Of a stretch of 64,000 bases of DNA, positions 39,438 to 51,350 are shown in pieces. Position 1 is the first letter of the stretch, and the number at the start of each line of letters is the position of its first letter. The DNA is from an uncultured Gammaproteobacteria bacterium (GTDB lineage: Bacteria; Patescibacteriota; Patescibacteriia; UBA9934; GWF2-40-263). Location of the stretch: the NCBI GenBank assembly GCA_964538435.1, contig CAZIDX010000001.1:393-64392 (forward strand). The letters are read 5' to 3'. A program made the position numbers and the translations under genes. A model generated the notes under the pieces. The model did not search any database. It had not been told where the DNA came from and saw nothing but the letters and a program-made list of their open reading frames with translations.

Positions 39438-41342
39438 ATGCCTAAGATTCTAGGAATTGACCTTGGTACAACAAACTCATGCATGACCGTCATCGAAGGT
39501 GGTCAGCCAAAGGTCCTTGAAAACAAAGAAGGAGCACGCACAACCCCATCGGTTGTGGCTGTCTCAAAAAGCGGTGAGCGCATTGCAGGACTTGCAGCCA
39601 AGCGCCAAGCCATCACAAACCCAAAAGACACACTCTTTTCTATCAAGCGCCTCATTGGGCGACGTTGGAATGACGAAGAGGTAAAGCACGACAAAAACGT
39701 CATGCCTTACGAGATCGTTCAGCGTGGAGAGGGTGTTGCCATCAAAATGCAAGACAAGGAATACACACCAGAGGAAGTCTCAGCCATGATCTTGCAAAAG
39801 CTCAAGGCAGACGCAGAAGAACGACTCGGTGAGACCATCGAAGAGGCTGTGATCACTGTTCCAGCATACTTTGACGACTCACAGCGCGCAGCAACAAAGG
39901 TTGCTGGTGAAATCGCTGGACTCAAAGTCCGCCGCGTCATCAACGAGCCAACTGCTGCGGCTCTTGCCTACGGTTTTGACAAAAAGAAAGGCCAGCAGAT
40001 CGTCGTGTACGACCTAGGTGGTGGAACCTTTGATGTGTCTGTGCTCGACGTAGCAGAAGACACAGTTGAAGTGAAGTCAACAAACGGAGACACACATCTT
40101 GGTGGAGACGACTTTGATCGTGTGATCATTGACTGGATTCTCGAAGAGTTCAAAAAGACAGAGGGAGTAGACTTGCAAAAAGATCCACTCGCGCTCCAAC
40201 GCATCAAGGACGCAGCAGAAAAGGCAAAGATCGAGCTCTCAACAGCTCAGCAAACAGAAATCAACCAACCATTCATCACATCAGACGAAAACGGTCCAAA
40301 GCACCTTGTGATCACAATGACCCGCTCAAAACTCGAAGAGCTTTGCGGAGATCTTGTGCAAAAGACCCTCGAGCCAGTAAAGGCAGCACTCAAAGACGCA
40401 GGCTTCACAAAGGACGAAATCGAAGAGGTGATCATGGTGGGTGGTATGACCCGCATGCCAATCGTGCAAAAGGCTGTCGAAGACTTCTTCGGTAAAAAGC
40501 CAAACGTAAGCATGAACCCAGACGAGGTAGTTGCACTCGGTGCAGCTGTACAAGCTGGTGTGTTCCAAGGAGACGTAAAAGACGTGCTCCTACTTGACGT
40601 CACCCCACTTTCAGTTGGAATCGAAACACTCGGAGGTGTGATGACTAAGCTCATCGAGCGAAACACAACCATCCCATCCTCAAAAACTCAAATCTTCTCA
40701 ACCGCTGCTGACAACCAGACAACCGTAGAAATCCACGTCCTCCAAGGAGAGCGTGAAATGGCAGACGGCAACAAGACTCTCGGACGATTCATCCTCTCAG
40801 GTCTTCCAATGGCCCCAAGAGGCGTCCCACAGGTGGAAGTAAAGTTCGACGTAGACGCAAACGGAATCCTCAACGTCTCAGCCACTGACAAGGCAAGTGG
40901 AAAGAGCCAGAATATCACCATCCAAGGCTCAACCGGACTCTCTGACGAAGAAGTGGAAAAGATGAAGCAAGAAGCAGAGTCACATGCAGAAGAGGACGCA
41001 AAGCGAAAAGAACAAGTCGAGCACCAGAACCTAGCAAATACAATGATCCACACCTCAGAGAAAATGCTGAGTGACGCCGGAGACAAAATCACCGACGAAG
41101 AGCGAAAAGAGGTAGAAGAAAAGATCGAGGCGCTCAAGGCTGTAAAGGATGGCGACGACCACGAAGCAATCAAGAAAGCAGCAGATGAACTAACAGAGTC
41201 TGCACAAAAGGTTGGCGCAAAGATGTACCAAGCAGAGCAAGAAGCAGCCGGAGCTCAAGGAGCAGAAGGTGAAGCAGGATCTGAAGAGAAAAAAGAAGAC
41301 GAGCCGATTGATGCTGAATTCAAAGAGAAAGACTCAGAGTAA
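39438..41342 (+). CDS. dnaK: Chaperone DnaK
   Basis: GIDLGTTNS; TVPAYF; DLGGGTFD; [11 protein letters not shown]. Confidence 0.99.
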   Translation: MPKILGIDLGTTNSCMTVIEGGQPKVLENKEGARTTPSVVAVSKSGERIAGLAAKRQAITNPKDTLFSIKRLIGRRWNDEEVKHDKNVMPYEIVQRGEGVAIKMQDKEYTPEEVSAMILQKLKADAEERLGETIEEAVITVPAYFDDSQRAATKVAGEIAGLKVRRVINEPTAAALAYGFDKKKGQQIVVYDLGGGTFDVSVLDVAEDTVEVKSTNGDTHLGGDDFDRVIIDWILEEFKKTEGVDLQKDPLALQRIKDAAEKAKIELSTAQQTEINQPFITSDENGPKHLVITMTRSKLEELCGDLVQKTLEPVKAALKDAGFTKDEIEEVIMVGGMTRMPIVQKAVEDFFGKKPNVSMNPDEVVALGAAVQAGVFQGDVKDVLLLDVTPLSVGIETLGGVMTKLIERNTTIPSSKTQIFSTAADNQTTVEIHVLQGEREMADGNKTLGRFILSGLPMAPRGVPQVEVKFDVDANGILNVSATDKASGKSQNITIQGSTGLSDEEVEKMKQEAESHAEEDAKRKEQVEHQNLANTMIHTSEKMLSDAGDKITDEERKEVEEKIEALKAVKDGDDHEAIKKAADELTESAQKVGAKMYQAEQEAAGAQGAEGEAGSEEKKEDEPIDAEFKEKDSE

Positions 41343-41449
41343 ACAAAAAACAAACGCGGTTGGGTGCAAACACACTCAACCGCATTGTGGTTTCTTGAAT
41401 GCTGACTAGTTTGGTCTCTGATTCATCTCGTCAAACTTTCACCACACCA

Positions 41450-41840
41450 CGTCATCCTGACCCCGCCGTAGGCGGTGGGAAGGATCCCCCTCGTAGCAAG
41501 AAAAACGTATGGACCGAGAATATTTTGCATACATGATGACGAATACCCACAACACTGTGCTTTACACAGGAGTCACGAACGATCTAATTCGTAGAGTTGA
41601 AGAACATAAAGAAGGCAAAGTGAAGGGGTTCACAAAAAAGTATAAATGCACAAAGCTTGTGTTCGTTGAAAGCACACCAGATGCAATGTCTGCAATCGAG
41701 CGTGAGAAAGAAATCAAAGGATGGAACAGAAACAAAAAGAATGAATTAGTAAATTCTATTAACCCCAACTGGAGCGACCTGTCGTTCGAAATGTAAGAGC
41801 AGGGGATCCCTCAGTCATCACAAACTCCTTCGGGATGACG
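41450..41840 (+). mobile_element. GIY-YIG mini-element with CGTC-type inverted ends (copy 1)
   Basis: CGTCATCCTGA...GAAGGATCCCC left end; GGGGATCCCTC...TCGGGATGACG right end; encloses one ORF. Confidence 0.7.
41509..41796 (+). CDS. GIY-YIG nuclease family protein
   Basis: YFAYMM...LYTGVTNDL.RRV.EH; AIEREKEIKGW.R.KK..L....NP.W.DL. Confidence 0.92.
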   Translation: MDREYFAYMMTNTHNTVLYTGVTNDLIRRVEEHKEGKVKGFTKKYKCTKLVFVESTPDAMSAIEREKEIKGWNRNKKNELVNSINPNWSDLSFEM

Positions 41841-41868
41841 GTGGTGGCGAGAGAGTTAAACAATATCT

Positions 41869-42306
41869 ATGCCAAACTACGAAAAATTTACGGTTAGCCA
41901 GGTGGCTGTCTGGATCAAAGATAGCAAGGTTCTCATTCTCGAGGACGCAGCGAATCCAGGTCGCTGGCTCATTCCAGGTGGTCGCATTGATAAAGAAGAA
42001 GAAGCTGAGCCAGCATTCCGGCGCGAGCTTAAAGAAGAGATCGGGCTCGATAAGTTCGAAGTTGGAGAACTCCTCGACACAGCCATCTGGTACGCAGGAG
42101 TGAAAAAGACTCCGGTGTGCTCTGTCACACGCTTCATCTCAACCGATCAAGAAGAGGTTATGCTCTCAGACGAGCACGCAAGCTATAAATGGATCACAGA
42201 AGATGAAATCGAGGATTACCACTTTATCTGGCCACACGCAGCAGAGATCCTCAAGAAAGGTTTTGAGAAATCAAAAAGCAGGCTCTGTGCCTGCTCTGGT
42301 TGCTAA
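41869..42306 (+). CDS. NUDIX hydrolase
   Basis: PGGRID.EE...AFRRELKEEIGL Nudix box; LSDEH..YKW. Confidence 0.9.
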   Translation: MPNYEKFTVSQVAVWIKDSKVLILEDAANPGRWLIPGGRIDKEEEAEPAFRRELKEEIGLDKFEVGELLDTAIWYAGVKKTPVCSVTRFISTDQEEVMLSDEHASYKWITEDEIEDYHFIWPHAAEILKKGFEKSKSRLCACSGC

Positions 42307-42533
42307 GCAATCTTGAGGACAGCTTTCATGTTCTCAACATCTGCCTCGATTCTCTTGATTCTCTCGAGTGTAAACAACCGCTCCTGATCAAGACGTTGAA
42401 GAATCTGACCTTGTTGATCCAATGCATCATAAATCGGTTCAAGATCAGCCTTTGTTGCCATGATGGACTGCATGCGATCGATCTTCTCGTCCATTTCAAC
42501 GAGCTTGTTGATAATTTTGTCTTCAAGTTCCAT
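42303..42533 (-). CDS. Small coiled-coil protein
   Basis: MATKADL motif; heptad pattern. Confidence 0.65.
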   Translation of the reverse strand: MELEDKIINKLVEMDEKIDRMQSIMATKADLEPIYDALDQQGQILQRLDQERLFTLERIKRIEADVENMKAVLKIA

Positions 42534-42620
42534 ACATCTCAAATATACCAGATCCTCATAAAAAGAAACACCCGCCGTTGCGTAAAGCATTGGCGGGGTC
42601 GTTGTTCCGATCGCGTTTGA

Positions 42621-43211
42621 TCAGAACTCGTGCTTCAGCTCATCGATCTCGGTGAAACCGCCAGGGCACCGGTCGTACACACCTGCGACCATGAAGCCGA
42701 TACCGTACAGGATTCGACCACCCTCGGTGCGGACACTTGCCAGATGGATGTCACGGTCCTGCAGGCCAGGGTAGGTCTTTCTTGCCATGGTCACGAATCT
42801 GAGGATGTGGTTGAGGGTGCTGCGAGGGAAGTCAGAGAAGACCAAATGGACTCCATTGATCGGCAGCGCACCGTCCGCGCACCACTCGGGACCCTTGCCA
42901 GGGAGGAACTCGCAGAAGATCTCGAAGTGCTGCGCCTCGCGAAGCGTCTCCAAGACCACAGGAGCCTCGGACGATCGTGCCCAACCGGCACCCTCGCACA
43001 CATCTGGCCAGTTGCCCCAGCCACCTTCCGGGCTGCGACCGATCCAGAGATCTCCGTCGCAAGGAGATTCGTCATTGCTCTCGAACCCCAATGCGAGTCC
43101 GAGTCTCGCAGCCTCCGCTGCGATCGCGGCCGACTCAGGCAGGTTCATGTCCAGGATGATGCGCTTCACCTCGAAAGGCTTTGCACACCAGGTAATCAAG
43201 GTTACTTTCAT
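42621..43211 (-). CDS. Hypothetical protein (guest unit)
   Basis: SD GGAG; TTGACA at 43294-43299; terminator 42568-42600. Confidence 0.7.
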   Translation of the reverse strand: MKVTLITWCAKPFEVKRIILDMNLPESAAIAAEAARLGLALGFESNDESPCDGDLWIGRSPEGGWGNWPDVCEGAGWARSSEAPVVLETLREAQHFEIFCEFLPGKGPEWCADGALPINGVHLVFSDFPRSTLNHILRFVTMARKTYPGLQDRDIHLASVRTEGGRILYGIGFMVAGVYDRCPGGFTEIDELKHEF

Positions 43212-43320
43212 TACGTCTCCAGGAAGTCTCGCTAAGGATGTTGATTGCCAGCACCCAAAAAAGACTTGTCAATTCACCACAAAACCCCCATTTTGTCAAC
43301 CAATTCAAGCCTTGCCCTGA

Positions 43321-43370
43321 GAAAAGTGCTGACATTTTCTCACCATGGTGAAGAAATGTCAGCATCTTTC
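43321..43370. repeat. 50-bp palindrome directly before dnaJ
   Basis: TGCTGACATTT-TC-TCACCATGGTGA-AG-AAATGTCAGCA. Confidence 0.85.
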
Positions 43371-43371
43371 T

Positions 43372-44436
43372 ATGAGTAAGGACTACTACAACATTCTAGG
43401 AATCGATAAGAACGCTTCGAAAGATGAAATCAAGCGTGCTTTTAGGAAAAAAGCTCATCAATATCACCCTGACAAGGATGGAGGAGATGAAGAGAAGTTT
43501 AAGGAAGCAAACGAGGCGTACCAGGTGCTCAAGGACGACAAAAAGCGCCAGACCTACGATCAGTTTGGATCAGATGCTTTTAGTGGAGCAGGTGCTGGTG
43601 GATTCGGTGGCGGACAAGGTTTTGGAGGCTTCGACTTTTCAGGCTTCCAAGGAGCACATGACTTTGGAGACATCTTTGGAGATATTTTTGGGGGAGGACG
43701 CTCACGCCGTTCTAGGGAGCGTCGCGGGCAAGATATTCAAATCGATATTGATCTAGATTTTAAAGAAGCTGTCTTTGGTGTAGAAAAAGAAATCACTCTC
43801 ACGAAAAACACTAGCTGTGAGCGTTGCTCAGGAAACGGGGCAGAGCCAGGCTCAGGGATGGAAACCTGCTCAGAGTGCTCAGGTCATGGTGTGGTCACAA
43901 AAGCGCATCGAACGATTCTTGGAACCGTACAGAGCAAAGTAACCTGCGATAAGTGTCAGGGGACAGGGGAGACTCCAAAGAAATCCTGCACAACATGTCA
44001 TGGCGGCGGAATCGAAAGCAAAAAAGAAACCAGCACCATCACGATCCCAGCCGGAGTCGATCATGGAAACACGCTCCGGATACGAGAAGAAGGTGAAGCA
44101 ATCAAAGGAGGGAAAAACGGAGACTTGTTTGTACGATTGCATGTCCGCTCAGACAAACGATTCGACCGCGAAGGATTTCACATCTACTCAGAAGCAAAGA
44201 TTGGATTTACTCAAGCAGCGCTCGGAACAATAGTCGATGTTGAGACTGTGGATGGCAAAGTAGAACTCGACATCCCACACGGCACTCAATCAGGAACCGT
44301 CTTTCGCCTCAAAGGAAAAGGTGTGCCATCACGCCGCGGTCGAGGAGATCACTACGTAACCGCAACCGTCCTTACACCAAAAAAACTTTCTCGAAAACAA
44401 AAAAAGCTCCTCGAAGAGCTTGATTTGAAGGAATAA
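43372..44436 (+). CDS. dnaJ: Chaperone DnaJ
   Basis: KDYY; HPD; G/F region; four CxxCxGxG repeats. Confidence 0.97.
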   Translation: MSKDYYNILGIDKNASKDEIKRAFRKKAHQYHPDKDGGDEEKFKEANEAYQVLKDDKKRQTYDQFGSDAFSGAGAGGFGGGQGFGGFDFSGFQGAHDFGDIFGDIFGGGRSRRSRERRGQDIQIDIDLDFKEAVFGVEKEITLTKNTSCERCSGNGAEPGSGMETCSECSGHGVVTKAHRTILGTVQSKVTCDKCQGTGETPKKSCTTCHGGGIESKKETSTITIPAGVDHGNTLRIREEGEAIKGGKNGDLFVRLHVRSDKRFDREGFHIYSEAKIGFTQAALGTIVDVETVDGKVELDIPHGTQSGTVFRLKGKGVPSRRGRGDHYVTATVLTPKKLSRKQKKLLEELDLKE

Positions 44437-44466
44437 GAAAAGCTCTGCTGCGTGCAGAGCAAGTTG

Positions 44467-45931
<1,465 letters not shown>

Positions 45932-45946
45932 AATCACCGTCTTATT

Positions 45947-46338
45947 TTTTGTCATCCTGACCCCGCCAAAGGCGGTGGGAAGGATCTCCTAATCTTTGAG
46001 CATATGAGCAAAGAATATTTCGTCTACATGATGGCAAACAAAAACAATGCCGTGCTTTATACTGGTGTGACGAACTGTATTACAAGCAGGGTTAGGCAAC
46101 ACAAAAAGGGCACCATTGATGGGTTCACAAAGAAATATAAATGTACAAAACTCGTCTTCGCCGAATCAACAAGTGACATCTTGGCTGCTATCGAGAGGGA
46201 AAAAGAGATAAAAGGTTGGAAACGAGAGAAAAAGAACAAACTAGTTGAAACAATAAATCCTAATTGGATGGATCTGTCATCTGAATTATGAATCAGGAGA
46301 TCCTTCCTCCTCGCAACCTTGTCGTCAGGATGACAAAA
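45947..46338 (+). mobile_element. GIY-YIG mini-element with inverted ends (copy 2)
   Basis: TTTTGTCATCCTGA...GGAAGGATCTCCT left end; AGGAGATCCTTCC...TCAGGATGACAAAA right end. Confidence 0.7.
46004..46291 (+). CDS. GIY-YIG nuclease family protein
   Basis: 65 of 95 residues identical to 41509-41796 by manual alignment. Confidence 0.92.
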   Translation: MSKEYFVYMMANKNNAVLYTGVTNCITSRVRQHKKGTIDGFTKKYKCTKLVFAESTSDILAAIEREKEIKGWKREKKNKLVETINPNWMDLSSEL

Positions 46339-46415
46339 GTGAGTATGGAAAATCGAAAAACAACCCACAGGCCCCGCGTATGCGGGGTCTTTGAATATGC
46401 TAAAATAGATCTGTT

Positions 46416-46793
46416 ATGAACAAACCAGCGGCATCTCTAGTCGCGCAGTACGTAGTCAAAGACGGCCTCAAGGAGTTCGTCTCTCTTCCGATTTGGTGGT
46501 ACACCACCGGACTATCGCTCGTGCTGGGCTGGACAGGTAAATCAATCAAAGGATCTGTACGTTTTTTCGAGCTTGATGTATGGGCAAAGAACCTGTTTGT
46601 GCCCATGTATGGCGAAACGGGATTCACAGGCCGGGCCATTAGTTTTGGTGTGCGCCTCTTTATGATTGTTGTGCGATCCATTGGGGTTGCTGCGCTTAGT
46701 ATCTTCTCTCTGTTCCTGCTCGCATTGTATGTTCTCGGTCTCCCTGTCTTGCTCATTGGCATTGCAAGCCATCTAATCGGCTTGGTGCTTTGA
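46416..46793 (+). CDS. Membrane protein upstream of the Clp ATPase
   Basis: PIWWY..G; W.KNLFVPMYG; GR.ISF..R. Confidence 0.8.
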   Translation: MNKPAASLVAQYVVKDGLKEFVSLPIWWYTTGLSLVLGWTGKSIKGSVRFFELDVWAKNLFVPMYGETGFTGRAISFGVRLFMIVVRSIGVAALSIFSLFLLALYVLGLPVLLIGIASHLIGLVL

Positions 46794-46794
46794 T

Positions 46795-49413
46795 ATGGCT
46801 CAACTAAAACTCACAATCAAAGACAAGGCCTACGCTTGGATTGAATCGCTCAAAGAAGACGATATTCTAAGGCGCACTGCAAAAACAAAAGCCGGCAAGG
46901 TGATTGGTGGCATTGTGTTTGGTTTTTCTGTTCTCCTGCTCCTACTGGCGTTTTTCTTGTTTTTTCTCAGGGGCCTCACATATGCACTTGCAGCAAGCAC
47001 ATGGCTTGGCGGCTCCCTTCCAGTCTTTTTGCTCCTATTGGCTTTGCTGGGTGGCTGCTTTTTGTTCATGCAGCAAGCAAAGCTTCTTTCAAACAAAGTT
47101 CTTATCCCTCGACTTGGTGAAAAAGATACAATTGGCAACCCAGAAGCATTCTCAGGAAGCCCAAACAATATTGCAGAGCTATTCAACGCTGAGGCTCGCG
47201 AGTCAGTTGAGCGCGCATATGCCCTTGCATCAAAGTTCAAGCACGCCCAGCTCGAACCAATTCATTTCTTTGTGGGTACACTCGAGAGCCTAGATGCTTC
47301 AGTTTTTTTTGGGCGGCTTGGTCTACGTTTCGACCAGGTGCAGGACCCAGTTGGACGTCGTCTTGAAACGCGTCAGCGCGCAGATCAGACTCAAGTTGGA
47401 GAGGCTGCAGAAAAGATCCTACTTCAAGCATTCGCCAACACAGTCAAAGAGCGGCTCGACAGCGTGCCATCGCTCGAAATCTTGGTAGCCGCCTACGAGA
47501 GTGATGAGTTCCTACAGGATCTCATGCTTGACCTGGGGGTCGATAAAGATCAGTTTGCAAACATGGCTGAGTGGATAAGAATCCACGAGCGCATGCGCAA
47601 TCAGTACGCGCGCTTCCGAAAAGCCGCTGCGTACAAACCAACCGGCGCAATGAACCGCGCCATGACCTCAGTTGCAACTCCAATCCTCGATGCGTTCTCA
47701 GAAGACCTCACAACAGCTGCAGTGAACGGTCATCTACCAATGCTTATCGGACGCAAGCGTGAGTTAGAAGAAGTATTCCGCATTATCGAAGGCGGAAGGC
47801 AAAGCGCAGTGCTCGTAGGTTCAGAAGGTGTTGGTCGCACGACATTACTTGGAGGAATCGCACAACTTATGGTTGAAGAGCGTGTGCCAAAGGTGCTCCA
47901 GGACAAGCGGCTTGTACGCCTTTCAATTCCACACCTCATCTCTGGCGTGAACCCATCGGATGCTCAAGAAAGGCTTTTACAGCTCTTTATCGAGGTTTCC
48001 AAGTCCCGCAACATCATCCTAGCGGTCACAGACATCGAGCAAATGACCGGGATCTCCTCCGGAGGAGATCAAACAGCAGACCTTGCCTCAACATTTGTAG
48101 ACTTTTTGCGCCGCACAGGTACTTTCACAATCGCAACCACATCGCCGCAAGCCTATGTATCCAGCATTGAGCGTTCCATCTTGGGGCGGGTGTTTGAAAA
48201 AGTTGATGTAAACGAACCAGACCAATCCGAAGCCATTCAGATGCTTGAGTCAAAAATCGGTGGAATCGAATACGAGCACAAGGTTGTCTTTGCTTACAGT
48301 GCTGTAGAAAAGGCTGTGGAGCTCACAGACCGCTACATGCACGAGACCTATCTACCAAAGAAAGCCATCACCGTCGCACGTGAAGCCGCTCAACTTGTTT
48401 CTAAAACACGTGGCGAGGACGCTCTCATCACCGGAGAAGACATAGCAAAGATCGTTACAGAAAAAACAGGAGTCCCAACCGAGAGCGTGAACCGAGACGA
48501 AAAAGACGCACTTCTAAACCTGGCAGAGCGCATGCATGGTCGCGTGATCGGGCAGGACGATGCCGTAACGGCTGTAGCAGCAGCACTCAGGCGAGCGCGC
48601 GCAGAGCTGCGCGCCCAAGACAGGCCAATCGCCACATTCTTGTTCCTGGGATCAACCGGTGTTGGTAAGACCGAGCTCGCAAAGACCGTTGCAGAGGCTT
48701 ACTTTGGAAATGAGGCAGCCATGATCAGACTCGACATGTCAGAGTATCAAGAGCAGTCCAGCATCAACCGACTCATCGGCGTTCCTGGGTCTCGCGACGG
48801 CGGATTGCTAACAGAAGCGGTTCGCAAGAAACCGTTCTCAATCGTGCTCCTCGACGAGCTAGAAAAAGCCCATCCAGACATTCTCAACGTATTCCTCCAG
48901 GTCTTTGACGACGGACGCCTCACTGACGCAGCCGGACGCACAATCGACTTCACAAACACGATCCTCATATCAACCTCAAACGCAGGAACAGCCTACATTC
49001 AAGATGCGGTTGGAAGGGGAGACGAGCTCGAATCCATCAAGACCCACTTGCTCGAAGAAGAGCTCAAAGGAATCTATCGACCAGAGTTCCTCAACCGCTT
49101 TGACGGCATTATTGTATTCAAGCCACTCACCATGGAAGATGTGATCCAGATCGCTGGACTCATGGTCGGAAAGGTTGCAAGCAGACTTGAGCCAAAGGGA
49201 ATCTTTTTCCGAGCTGAGTCTCAGGCAGTGAAAGAGCTTGCAGAAAAGGGATTTGATCCAAAGTTTGGTGCACGACCACTCAGGCGCGTTGTGCAAAATG
49301 AAGTCGATACCGCCATTGCAGATGCGCTTTTGCAAGGAAAAGTACAAAGACGTGATACAATCGTGCTTCAGCCTGGGGGGTCTATCCGTATTGAAAAAGG
49401 TAAGGAATTATGA
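46795..49413 (+). CDS. ClpA/B-family ATPase with N-terminal TM helices
   Basis: Clp N-domain; D2 FLFLGSTGVGKTELAK, RLDMSEYQ, LLDELEKAH, RPEFLNR, FGARPLRR. Confidence 0.92.
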   Translation: MAQLKLTIKDKAYAWIESLKEDDILRRTAKTKAGKVIGGIVFGFSVLLLLLAFFLFFLRGLTYALAASTWLGGSLPVFLLLLALLGGCFLFMQQAKLLSNKVLIPRLGEKDTIGNPEAFSGSPNNIAELFNAEARESVERAYALASKFKHAQLEPIHFFVGTLESLDASVFFGRLGLRFDQVQDPVGRRLETRQRADQTQVGEAAEKILLQAFANTVKERLDSVPSLEILVAAYESDEFLQDLMLDLGVDKDQFANMAEWIRIHERMRNQYARFRKAAAYKPTGAMNRAMTSVATPILDAFSEDLTTAAVNGHLPMLIGRKRELEEVFRIIEGGRQSAVLVGSEGVGRTTLLGGIAQLMVEERVPKVLQDKRLVRLSIPHLISGVNPSDAQERLLQLFIEVSKSRNIILAVTDIEQMTGISSGGDQTADLASTFVDFLRRTGTFTIATTSPQAYVSSIERSILGRVFEKVDVNEPDQSEAIQMLESKIGGIEYEHKVVFAYSAVEKAVELTDRYMHETYLPKKAITVAREAAQLVSKTRGEDALITGEDIAKIVTEKTGVPTESVNRDEKDALLNLAERMHGRVIGQDDAVTAVAAALRRARAELRAQDRPIATFLFLGSTGVGKTELAKTVAEAYFGNEAAMIRLDMSEYQEQSSINRLIGVPGSRDGGLLTEAVRKKPFSIVLLDELEKAHPDILNVFLQVFDDGRLTDAAGRTIDFTNTILISTSNAGTAYIQDAVGRGDELESIKTHLLEEELKGIYRPEFLNRFDGIIVFKPLTMEDVIQIAGLMVGKVASRLEPKGIFFRAESQAVKELAEKGFDPKFGARPLRRVVQNEVDTAIADALLQGKVQRRDTIVLQPGGSIRIEKGKEL

Positions 49414-50450
49414 ACATTCTTGTGATCTGGGGAGTTGTTGCATTCTGTTTGTCTGCAATTGCCACGGTTTTTGTAAAACAACTTGCTTTGCGAAAAGGTG
49501 CAGTTGATGTCCCAAAAGACAACAGGCGCCTCCATAAACAACCGATTGCCAGGCTGGGCGGCCTTGCAATCTTTTTGTCTGTGTTCATTGTCTTGATCGT
49601 GCTCCTTGCAACATCAGACGCGCTCACAGGCGGGGAGATCACACATGTGCACTACCTTGGAGTGCTGCTGGGAGGATTCATTCTCATGATTGGCGGGTAT
49701 CTTGATGATCGTTTTGATCTGCCTCCAAAGTTCGCAATTGTCGCTCCTGTGCTTGCATCTCTGACAGTAATCTTGTTTGGAGTAGAGGTCGACAAACTTT
49801 CAAATCCATTTGGAGACGTTCTGATTCTCGAGTCATGGCAATCAAACATCCTCGTCTTCATCTGGCTCATGGTGGTCATGTACACAACAAAGTTCCTAGA
49901 TGGTCTAGATGGCCTTGCAACCTCAGTCAGTTCGGTAGGGGTCATCATGGTCATGCTCCTCTCGCTTTCTGTTGCCTACTACCAGCCTGATGTAGCTCTG
50001 CTCAGCGCCATCTCTCTGGGAGCGTTTATGGGATTTCTTTTCTGGAACTTTCATCCTGCAACCATCTTTCTTGGTGAGGGGGGAAGTACGTTTGTCGGAT
50101 TCCTGCTCGGTGTGCTCGCGGTGATTTCCGGAGGCAAGCTCGCAACCGCACTACTCGTACTCGGAATCCCACTTCTGGATGTTATCTGGGTCGTGCTCAG
50201 GCGAATGAAAACAGGAGGAGTCAAACAAGCATTCAAAGGTGATAGAAAGCATCTTCATCACAGACTCTATGACCTTGGACTCAGCCAGCGAGCCATTGTG
50301 TATTTGTACGTATTCATAGCATCAGCATTCGGAGTGACCGCACTCTTCTTGCAGAGTAAAGAAAAGCTCGTCGCGCTTGTGATTCTCTGCGTGATGATGC
50401 TCGCAGCTATTCTCTTTTTCATCCACAAAGAACGATATGACCACTCATAG
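49410..50450 (+). CDS. MraY/WecA-family glycosyltransferase (TagO-like)
   Basis: H..PIARLGG; GYLDDR; DGLDGL; NFHPATIFLGEGG; DRKHLHHRL. Confidence 0.92.
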   Translation: MNILVIWGVVAFCLSAIATVFVKQLALRKGAVDVPKDNRRLHKQPIARLGGLAIFLSVFIVLIVLLATSDALTGGEITHVHYLGVLLGGFILMIGGYLDDRFDLPPKFAIVAPVLASLTVILFGVEVDKLSNPFGDVLILESWQSNILVFIWLMVVMYTTKFLDGLDGLATSVSSVGVIMVMLLSLSVAYYQPDVALLSAISLGAFMGFLFWNFHPATIFLGEGGSTFVGFLLGVLAVISGGKLATALLVLGIPLLDVIWVVLRRMKTGGVKQAFKGDRKHLHHRLYDLGLSQRAIVYLYVFIASAFGVTALFLQSKEKLVALVILCVMMLAAILFFIHKERYDHS

Positions 50451-50916
50451 CAAGCATGTCATCTTTTTGCTCACAACACTCTTTGTGCTTGTAAGCATTC
50501 TCACAGCCATTTATCTCTGGAACAACTTCGGTAAGATTCCTGTCGAAATCGCAACTATTACAACAGGCGGCGGCGTTGAGCTAGAAGTTGAAGTAGCCCG
50601 AACCTATCCAGAGCGCCAAACAGGACTTTCAAATCGTTCAAGTATGGGAGGAATCGACGGCATGCTCTTTATCCATCCTGATATCGATTTTCACAATTAT
50701 TGGATGAAAGACATGGAATTTGGCCTAGACATCATATGGATCCTGGAAGGGGTGATTGTGGATATCAAGCCAAATTTAGAGCCTGAAGAGCCCCCAGAGA
50801 CGCTCCACGCACCAGAAATGCCCGCAAACATGGTATTAGAGCTAAAAGCAGGAAAAGCAGAGGATTTGGGTCTCAACACAGGCCAGAAACTTGACATAAG
50901 CTTCCCAGGCGAGTAA
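50437..50916 (+). CDS. DUF192 domain protein
   Basis: EVA...R..GLS; GMLF; YWMKDM.F.LDIIW; VLEL.AG. Confidence 0.88.
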   Translation: MTTHSKHVIFLLTTLFVLVSILTAIYLWNNFGKIPVEIATITTGGGVELEVEVARTYPERQTGLSNRSSMGGIDGMLFIHPDIDFHNYWMKDMEFGLDIIWILEGVIVDIKPNLEPEEPPETLHAPEMPANMVLELKAGKAEDLGLNTGQKLDISFPGE

Positions 50917-50985
50917 ACTCCCTCGCGTATCATTAATTTATCGCAGGTACACTGGCAAAAGCACAGGAACCGCGTGTGAAAATCT

Positions 50986-51306
50986 ATGGCATCACTAGCA
51001 GTAATTGAAACAGGAGGGAAGCAGTACATTGTCCGAGAAGGACAGGTTCTTAAGATTGAAAAGATCTCAGATGATGTTGGGGCAACACTCAATTTTGAGG
51101 TACTTCTGGTTTCAGATGAAGAAGGAACAACAACAAAGGTTGGAACACCAACCGTAAGCGGTGCAAAGGTAATGGCAACCGTACTTGAGCAGGGTCGAGG
51201 AAAAAAGATCCCGATTATCAAGTATAAACCGAAATCACGTTACAGACGTAACGTTGGTCATCGGCAGCCATTCACCAAGATCAAGATTGAAAAGATCACC
51301 GCTTAA
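50986..51306 (+). CDS. rplU: 50S ribosomal protein L21
   Basis: AVIETGGKQY.V; GHRQPFT. Confidence 0.97.
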   Translation: MASLAVIETGGKQYIVREGQVLKIEKISDDVGATLNFEVLLVSDEEGTTTKVGTPTVSGAKVMATVLEQGRGKKIPIIKYKPKSRYRRNVGHRQPFTKIKIEKITA

Positions 51307-51350
51307 TAGCGGTGTTTTTCTTTCTTGTAACAAAATGGAGAGACAAAACT

